From positions 32,001 through 96,000 of IMG/VR virus record IMGVR_UViG_3300012347_000211: a stretch of DNA of 64,000 nt; one strand, written 5' to 3'. Below the pieces are notes generated by a model, which ran no database searches, was not told the DNA's origin, and saw nothing but the letters and a program-made list of their open reading frames with translations. Below are positions 57,048-64,000 of this stretch, piece after piece; the stretch's first letter is position 1; the number at the start of each line of letters is the position of its first letter. This DNA is from a virus. The position numbers were made by a program, and so were the translations under genes.

Positions 57048-58292
57048 TTATTTGATCAAATTGACTAGCAACTTAACCGATGAGTTATCAACAGTTTGCT
57101 TGAATCGTAGATTGACTACGCCACCTGTAACGACAGCAGAGAATACTCCCACGTTTGCTGTATTAGGTGCAGCTACTGTACCGTATGATGTAATGTATAC
57201 GTTTGTGCCGCCATTGTGGGCGACAAGCAGTTTGACAATCTGCGTGCCTACTGTGATGTTCTTTGCGACAGCAGTTACTTCTGCGGCCGAATAAGAGCTC
57301 TTTGTGAATGTGTATACGTTCATGGCAGCTGATGTGCCAGTGCCTATGTCAGTATTAGATACCGTGACTTGCTGGAAATCTTCGGTGAAGAATACACCAC
57401 CATTGAAGTTTACAGTATTAGCGAATGTGGTATTTGCACCAGTAGCATATACGTTAGCTTGAATTTCAGCAGCGGTCGTGCCGATAATCACATTGCCTCC
57501 ACCAGCGATTGTGGTGCCAGACATATTGATTGTGATGCCCGCTACGTTTGCACGGGTACCTGTGACGTTCAAGTTAGCAGTCACATTCAGTGTGTTACCA
57601 CCGATCGTAGAAGTCGTACCAACACCATCGTTCACTACACGGACGCCAAAAACACTACTGTTACCGATTGCAGTGTTTGTGCTGAATATAGCAACGTTGC
57701 CAGCATTGACAGCAAACCTAGTTACGGCATTGGAGGTAACAGAATTAGCAATCGTGTTCAATGTCTCTACGGTGAAGCTTGCTGCGTTACTTGTAGACAC
57801 CACGTTGAATAGTTTCGTACCTGTACCAGCGATGTTCCATACGGCAAAGTCACTAACGACGTCGAGTTTGGTTGTATCGATTGTAGCGTTTGTGCCAGAG
57901 ATGAAGATGTTAGCAACACCGGATCCAACAGCAACGTTTCCGTTGAATGTCGTTGGAATCGCAACGTTCATCGTTTTGTTGGTACCACCAATGGTGACGT
58001 TAGCTTGTGTGCTAATGACATTGAGATATGTTCCACGAACATCGATATTTGATGTGCATGTCAGGGTCGCGCTAGTAGTAACATTACCACCACGGATCGT
58101 TTCGGTCGCTGTCAGCGTATTTGCGGAGAAGATACCATTGACGTATGCATTACCAGACGTCTGACCCCCCGCCGTATTAGGTGCAGTGGTGACAGCGAGC
58201 GTCGAAATGATATCGAGCCCGTAGTTGGTTTTGGTAATCCACGATTCGAATGTATCCGAGATCGCGTAAACGTTGGAAAGGTTAAATGCCAT
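57048..58292 (-). CDS. Fibre-like virion structural protein
   Basis: 'SDTFESW..KTN' N-terminal motif; Asn/Thr/Val-rich beta repeats. Confidence 0.65.
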   Translation of the reverse strand: MAFNLSNVYAISDTFESWITKTNYGLDIISTLAVTTAPNTAGGQTSGNAYVNGIFSANTLTATETIRGGNVTTSATLTCTSNIDVRGTYLNVISTQANVTIGGTNKTMNVAIPTTFNGNVAVGSGVANIFISGTNATIDTTKLDVVSDFAVWNIAGTGTKLFNVVSTSNAASFTVETLNTIANSVTSNAVTRFAVNAGNVAIFSTNTAIGNSSVFGVRVVNDGVGTTSTIGGNTLNVTANLNVTGTRANVAGITINMSGTTIAGGGNVIIGTTAAEIQANVYATGANTTFANTVNFNGGVFFTEDFQQVTVSNTDIGTGTSAAMNVYTFTKSSYSAAEVTAVAKNITVGTQIVKLLVAHNGGTNVYITSYGTVAAPNTANVGVFSAVVTGGVVNLRFKQTVDNSSVKLLVNLIK

Positions 58293-58505
58293 TTATAGTC
58301 TCTTGCAAATTTCTTGGAGCATGTTCTTGATATCTTGGACGTCTTGCTTCAATGTGTTAACTTCATCGCTCAGGCTCTCACGAGCTAGACGCTCAGCGCG
58401 CTGTTGCTTGTATTGAGCCATGCTTTGTTTGTTTGTATTTATGATGGCCTTTGAACGGGGATCCCGCGCAAAGCCATCAGCATCAGTCTTAAAATATTCC
58501 GTCAT
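58293..58505 (-). CDS. Small coiled-coil protein following the VrlC-like gene
   Basis: 'RDPRSKAIINTN...Y...R...EVN.LK.DV.DIK.ML'. Confidence 0.7.
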   Translation of the reverse strand: MTEYFKTDADGFARDPRSKAIINTNKQSMAQYKQQRAERLARESLSDEVNTLKQDVQDIKNMLQEICKRL

Positions 58506-58506
58506 G

Positions 58507-61500
58507 TTAGATCATTACAGCAATTGCTCTCATATCACTGACCACCGGAACGGTGATTTGATTGTCAGCTCTCAGCACAATCTTTACAGCAAGATATTTA
58601 TATCCTGAGTATTGAGCTGTTAGCGTGCCATCGCTTGCGGCACCGTGGTAGACAGCAATGTAGCCCGGAGACGTTCTGTTGTATCGGAACGATCCTCTTG
58701 GCTGCGTTACCTTCTCTACCGTTGCACCTGCTAGGGTGAACGAAGGAGCAGAATCAACTGCAAATTGTGAGGAGTTGGATACCGCAGTAACTGTTCTGAT
58801 GTCGTAGTCGTCGTTAGTAGCAACAACCAAGGTACCGTTTGCTGCTGTGCTATCAGCCTTAACCAATTTCACAAGATCGCCAACCACCAACTCACTATCA
58901 ACACGAGCTGTGCTATCCATGATAACTGTGGTGCTACCAGTAGAAGTGTTGGCTTTGCCGGTCATTCTCAGAGACGGAAGTGTCTTTGGAAGGACGTACA
59001 CATACTCTTTGAAGTCGCCAGAATTTCCTGGGTTGCCATATAGACCTGCTGTAGCAGCAGTCTTTTCGAGCAATGTCCATTCCTTATTCGATGCCACTTC
59101 AGCATCACCTTCGTGGATTACGCGAGTGTATACGTCAACGTCTGTTCCGAGCGGACGGTATGCAGTGATGTATACCTTCAAATCTTCTGCTTCATATTGA
59201 TCGGCAAGTTCGATGTACTTGGAGATGTACTTGTTCTTGCTCACACCAAAGCGTTGAGTCTCGTTCGGGTGGAATTCGACAAACGTCTCAACAGGAACAC
59301 CGCCCGTCGTTGGCTTAGAGATTGTCACGACGTTACCGTTGACCGCTGTCACGACAGCGTCTGTAGGAATACCTAGACCACGAATACCCATACCAGCCAC
59401 GACACGAGTGCCGTCTGTAATAGCGACTGTAGTAGATGTCGTGCTATATGTGGCGAGCTGTCTGAATGTGGTGTAGTTGTCGATCTGGTTAGCAATCAAT
59501 TCCAACGAGATAGGCGAAATGTCAACTGCTGGCGATGCCAAGCTGACACCAGTCTGCAAGTTTTCCGACATCTTGAATGATGTCACAACGGACGAGCCAT
59601 TGATTTCGTTCGAACGGCTCTTCAACACAGATGTGAATGGAAGAGCTGTTGGTCCTGCATCCTCGCCTGTCGTAGCGCTAAGGATAGTCTCGTTTGGCTT
59701 AGCAGTCTTGTATGTGCGTGTCAACGATGTACCTTGTGGAGCCATTGTTTCGATCTTTGGTTCAACATATTGGTATGTGATGTCATCGATCGATGCAACG
59801 TTAGCCACGCCAGATCCAAGAGCACATACAATTGCACGGCCAGAGTCGGCATTGAGGAGTACGTGTTGTGATTGGACGAACTTGTTAGTCGAATCGCTAG
59901 CAGTAGACTTCTTCAAATACAGCTTCTGATCATTGATACGGTAACGGTCAACCTCGCCAGTAATAACCTTCATGTAGTTTACAGCACTGAGTGTGTTAGC
60001 AGCTGGAACTGGATTGATCTGGCTGAACTTAGGTCCCTTGCTGATCTTGATCTGGCTATCGTTGGAGATAGAGGATACCTTGACGATATCATAAACGACC
60101 GAATTGAGTTTTTGGAACTCTGTAGCAGTCGTGATTGCAGCTGTTACTGGAGCGTCCAATGTTAGGTTAGTTGTGTTGCTGATGTTGATAACTTGGCGCA
60201 CATGGTTGGAAACCAACACGTGGTCGCCAATCGACAGTTCGCTAGTAAAGTCAGTACCAGTGCCCACTAAGTTGGCAGCGGTTGTAGTAGCCTTAACAGT
60301 ACCTGTCAAGTTTGCGCTTGGATCAAGACCGTATGTTAGCAACAAGCTATCGCCTGTATTGAGCGTCGATGTGAATGATGTGTTAGTACCAGACACGATG
60401 AAGTCGTTCGTTGCATTTGCTGCTGATGTATCCAATGTGCCTGGCTGGTATGATGTGCTCTTCTGAGCAACCACATCGCCACGATCGAATGAACCAGTAG
60501 GGTTTGCCAATGTCAAGAATTCATAGTTATCGTGAGTGAACGAAGCGGCGCCAGTAGTAGAACCACTGAAGTCAGCCTGATACATCGTAAACTTCAAGTC
60601 TTCGAATGAGTGTGGGTTCCATGCTGTGTTGTTCACAGATGTAAACATTTGTCCTGTACCCCAATCGTTCTTCGCGACCAAGTTAGGGTTAGTGACGTCT
60701 GAGTTACCAGCTTCGCCTGTCCACACATAGAAGTCTGGGCAGAGTCCGTCAGGGATCACAACGATACAGTACTCTTCGCCTGATTTCAAGAACACAGGAG
60801 AATCGAACGTGAACGTAGTTGGCTTTGATGCATCATCGGATGCATTGATCAATTCGGTTGGCAACCACTTACGGCTGAATGGAATCAACTGTTGTCCTGG
60901 ATACCCGTTAATGGTACTTCTGATCTGGATGGTCACACCCTTATCATTGCTGACAGACTTTGTAGCGAAGTACAGATCGATCTTGGTGATATACACACCC
61001 TCAGTCGATGTCTTCAGTGCGTCAGGCACCTTAAATGTTTGTGCAACAGGATCGCCACCGCATGATGGAATTGTCCAAGATGATGTAGTGGTGAGTACAG
61101 TAGTACCAACTTTACCAGTAAACGATGTATACAACTTAGTATCAACGCTCTCCAATTTCTTGGTGGAGATTGTTACTTGTTGGTTGTCGACATCGAGGTT
61201 GTATGCAACGTACTTTGCGTTGGTGAACGAAATCGAAGCCTCTTCTGATCCGATGTTGGATACGTCGATGATCTTGATCTTGCGTTCGCCGACGTAGAAT
61301 GTGTCAGCAGGAATCGAGAAGATACCAGCCAATTGACCACGGTCGTCGGTGCGGAGTTCGCCACCTTTGATGCCTGTTGGCACGATGGTCGCGTTATCTA
61401 CAGGGCCACCAGACAGGCTGCCGATGTATTTTGCTGGAACGGTGTGAGCATTCACATCCACATCATCAAAGTAGATGTAGTGGCGAGTATTTGGACGCAG

Positions 61501-64000
61501 GCCAGTAGCCAAGAAGGTTACTGGGTTAGCGCGCATGAATGGTTTGAACTGTACGCTAGACACAGACGAGAAGTTTGCGTCATTGGTTGTAGTGACGGGA
61601 CCACCAGTGATGTTGGCCTTCTCGATGATGCCCATCTGATCATACGATGTCAGAGTGGTCTGAGTAGCAGTACTACCAGATACAGACACTGAGCTAACAG
61701 AACCAGTCTGCTTCAAAGACTGTACTGTTGTCTTGCCATCCATCAGCTTGAACGCAGCGTTGACAGCGTCGATTACTTCGTTCTGAGCTGCAGCAAGGTC
61801 GATTGTTACGTTGACAGGAGCGATGTCCTTATCATACTGGCCATCGAACTTAGGATACAAGAACAACTGGCCTTTGAATCTCCACAATTCACCCGCGATG
61901 TTTCTCTCGTTTGTTCCATATGTCTGTGACAACAATGGCTTGTGGGTGTATGGGAGAGTAACCAATTCTGAGTGGCCTCTGACGTTGGTTGTTTCAGAAC
62001 CAATCGTTGTGTCGAACTTCAAGTCGACGTCTTCAGCACGGACACGAGGACGCAGTACGCCGTTCTTTGTATCAACGAAAGCGCTGAATTCAGAGTCGGC
62101 CAAATTAGACACACCAAAGTCTTCGAAGGAATCAACCAAGAATCCATTGAGTGCGGTTTGGTTTTGTGTGGAGTCTTTTGTCTTTGACTCTAGACGATTG
62201 AGCAACGAATAGTATTCGAGACGTTCAATGCGCTTATCGAAGTTTCCGATTTCCTTCATAGTGTAACGCTTTTGTTGGCGTGACACAGATGCTTTGACAG
62301 CTAGGTCAGTTCTATTCACAGCACCAGCGCTGATAGGATCAAGCGACGGATATGGTGGAACGTTGATTGTAGCCAACAGCATTGAGTTTGGCGGAGTGTT
62401 CGGTTCTTGTGGGTTCAGTGAAGGCTTACCTTCGATGAATGTCAACGAACCGCCGTTCAATGGGTCGAATTGAGCGCCAAGAACAACCTTATCTACACGC
62501 GACTGATATACTTCCAAATCAGCAATCAAGTACTTAGTTGGTGATGGGAAGTAGTTTGGCGACACAGAGATTGTTTCAGTAGCTGACGGATCAACTGTTG
62601 CTCCTGCCAATGAGGTAGCCACAGCATTAGCTGTGTTAGCGACTAGAGGACGGAAGTCTATAGAGTTGCGCAAATCATATACAGCGCCGTCTCTGTTCGA
62701 TACGAACACTTCAATCTCTTCAGTAGTGATAGCGATTGTGTTTGCAGATTGGTTGACGTCATCGATAGGATACGATGCTGGGCCAGCAAAGTATGCGCCA
62801 CCAGTAACATCAGAGTGGCCGTAGTATGTGTCCAACTTAACAACCAAGCTAGCGCCAGTTGTGTTTACAGTGGATCCTGGCTTCTTCTTCAACGAAGATA
62901 GACCATACAAGTTGTCGCGTTGACCGTTATCCAATTCAAATTGGCTTACGTAGTTCGTAGTGTTTGCGGCATAGTTGTTAGCCGATCCAATATACACACC
63001 AGTGATTTTGTGTGTATCAGGAATACCCAAGCACCAAGGACCATTCGGCTTAGTAGTTGTAGCTGCAGTAGAGATCTTTACCAGCACATCCTTTTGCAGT
63101 TTCTTGGTACGCAATGGTGGGTTGGCAACCTTGGCATTGTAGTATGCGGTTGTTGGCATCGGCGATGCTAGTGTTGCGCCGATGTACGTTAGACCCAAAT
63201 CAGCAGTTACTGTGTTTGCGCTATTGACGCGAATAGTAGCAGCTGTCCTGTTCAGCAAGTTGATTGGCTGATACTTAGGGAAGTAGATCGCCACGTTACC
63301 GGTCATCGCAGCCGCATAGTTAGTATCGGTATACAACTTGAGGTTGGATTCGATCTGCGTGATACGCTTAACGACAGTAGCTGTTGTGTTGGCAATCGCA
63401 ATGAAGTCGCCGACAGTGAATGCTGTAGTAAACGTGGTACCTGTACCTGTAACAGTGTTGCTACCAAGTGTTACAGCAGCGCTCCAACCAGCAAGGTTGC
63501 TTGTTTGGGTGTTTGCTGTTGGGATGAAGATGAAGTCGTTCTCTTCTGTTGTTGACAGCACTGTACCAGGTGTGTATGGGAATGTTGTATCAGAAGATGA
63601 GAATGTAATCTGGACATTGCCAGTAGACGCGAAGGTAACACCAGTGTTAACTGTTCTGTATACCAGCGTTGCGTTGTTGGTAGACTTGAGTGCACCTGCA
63701 CCAACTGGGAACACGAGACCGTCTTTGTTGACGTCGTATAGTTTTGCCTTTTGGACTGAGCTATTACCAGAAGTTACCACGTCAGCTGCAGCTAGACTGG
63801 AGATACCAATCGAACGAGCTGATTCAAACGACTTGCCTGGATTCATCTTTACGTCATACAAGTACATGCGGTACTGGCCTTGAGGTGTACCTGGAATACC
63901 TGAATCATATTCAAGACCACGCAAACGCGCAGTACCGATACTACCTGTACCGGTTGGAATATTAGCACCATAGTTTGTGCTATTGGCTGCCTGCATTGCA
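58507..64000 (-). CDS. VrlC/DUF4815-like large virion structural protein, N-terminus beyond the window
   Basis: 'KRYTMKEIG.FDKRIERLEYYSLL..LE', 'NGFLVDSF', 'DPVAQTF', 'ITKIDLYF', 'EDLKF..Y.ADF'. Confidence 0.8.
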   Translation of the reverse strand, partial: AMQAANSTNYGANIPTGTGSIGTARLRGLEYDSGIPGTPQGQYRMYLYDVKMNPGKSFESARSIGISSLAAADVVTSGNSSVQKAKLYDVNKDGLVFPVGAGALKSTNNATLVYRTVNTGVTFASTGNVQITFSSSDTTFPYTPGTVLSTTEENDFIFIPTANTQTSNLAGWSAAVTLGSNTVTGTGTTFTTAFTVGDFIAIANTTATVVKRITQIESNLKLYTDTNYAAAMTGNVAIYFPKYQPINLLNRTAATIRVNSANTVTADLGLTYIGATLASPMPTTAYYNAKVANPPLRTKKLQKDVLVKISTAATTTKPNGPWCLGIPDTHKITGVYIGSANNYAANTTNYVSQFELDNGQRDNLYGLSSLKKKPGSTVNTTGASLVVKLDTYYGHSDVTGGAYFAGPASYPIDDVNQSANTIAITTEEIEVFVSNRDGAVYDLRNSIDFRPLVANTANAVATSLAGATVDPSATETISVSPNYFPSPTKYLIADLEVYQSRVDKVVLGAQFDPLNGGSLTFIEGKPSLNPQEPNTPPNSMLLATINVPPYPSLDPISAGAVNRTDLAVKASVSRQQKRYTMKEIGNFDKRIERLEYYSLLNRLESKTKDSTQNQTALNGFLVDSFEDFGVSNLADSEFSAFVDTKNGVLRPRVRAEDVDLKFDTTIGSETTNVRGHSELVTLPYTHKPLLSQTYGTNERNIAGELWRFKGQLFLYPKFDGQYDKDIAPVNVTIDLAAAQNEVIDAVNAAFKLMDGKTTVQSLKQTGSVSSVSVSGSTATQTTLTSYDQMGIIEKANITGGPVTTTNDANFSSVSSVQFKPFMRANPVTFLATGLRPNTRHYIYFDDVDVNAHTVPAKYIGSLSGGPVDNATIVPTGIKGGELRTDDRGQLAGIFSIPADTFYVGERKIKIIDVSNIGSEEASISFTNAKYVAYNLDVDNQQVTISTKKLESVDTKLYTSFTGKVGTTVLTTTSSWTIPSCGGDPVAQTFKVPDALKTSTEGVYITKIDLYFATKSVSNDKGVTIQIRSTINGYPGQQLIPFSRKWLPTELINASDDASKPTTFTFDSPVFLKSGEEYCIVVIPDGLCPDFYVWTGEAGNSDVTNPNLVAKNDWGTGQMFTSVNNTAWNPHSFEDLKFTMYQADFSGSTTGAASFTHDNYEFLTLANPTGSFDRGDVVAQKSTSYQPGTLDTSAANATNDFIVSGTNTSFTSTLNTGDSLLLTYGLDPSANLTGTVKATTTAANLVGTGTDFTSELSIGDHVLVSNHVRQVINISNTTNLTLDAPVTAAITTATEFQKLNSVVYDIVKVSSISNDSQIKISKGPKFSQINPVPAANTLSAVNYMKVITGEVDRYRINDQKLYLKKSTASDSTNKFVQSQHVLLNADSGRAIVCALGSGVANVASIDDITYQYVEPKIETMAPQGTSLTRTYKTAKPNETILSATTGEDAGPTALPFTSVLKSRSNEINGSSVVTSFKMSENLQTGVSLASPAVDISPISLELIANQIDNYTTFRQLATYSTTSTTVAITDGTRVVAGMGIRGLGIPTDAVVTAVNGNVVTISKPTTGGVPVETFVEFHPNETQRFGVSKNKYISKYIELADQYEAEDLKVYITAYRPLGTDVDVYTRVIHEGDAEVASNKEWTLLEKTAATAGLYGNPGNSGDFKEYVYVLPKTLPSLRMTGKANTSTGSTTVIMDSTARVDSELVVGDLVKLVKADSTAANGTLVVATNDDYDIRTVTAVSNSSQFAVDSAPSFTLAGATVEKVTQPRGSFRYNRTSPGYIAVYHGAASDGTLTAQYSGYKYLAVKIVLRADNQITVPVVSDMRAIAVMI

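Noticed and set aside
1-64000. tRNA/rRNA genes, prophage or bacterial host DNA, alternative genetic code
   Set aside because: Intergenic gaps are too short and show no cloverleafs; no integrase or host housekeeping block; standard-code ORFs tile the window.

Overview
This window is a 64-kb segment of a T4-like myovirus genome; the gene order resembles environmental, cyanophage/freshwater-type T4-like phages. Almost all genes are on the minus strand. In transcription order (right to left) it holds: (1) a VrlC/DUF4815-like virion protein cut off by the window edge and several Asn/Thr-rich tail-fibre-like proteins; (2) a three-gene modification cassette (2OG-Fe(II)-like/Cys-cluster fusion, methyltransferase, TPR-glycosyltransferase) behind a T4 late promoter; (3) three RCC1-repeat proteins; (4) the T4 neck-tail-packaging-head block (gp13-gp23, gp3); (5) uvsY, uvsW, gp55, gp47 and gp46; (6) peptide deformylase, a queE-PRTase-nucleotidyltransferase-queD cluster, a lipoprotein pair and small early genes. 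One plus-strand Ig/LamG virion gene converges on a bidirectional terminator. No tRNA, rRNA, CRISPR array, integrase or reverse transcriptase was seen. The best candidates for new biology are a late-expressed virion-modification (glycosylation-type) cassette and a 7-deazaguanine cluster that has a phosphoribosyltransferase and nucleotidyltransferase but no visible DpdA. All product calls come from motif recognition and synteny; no database search was run.
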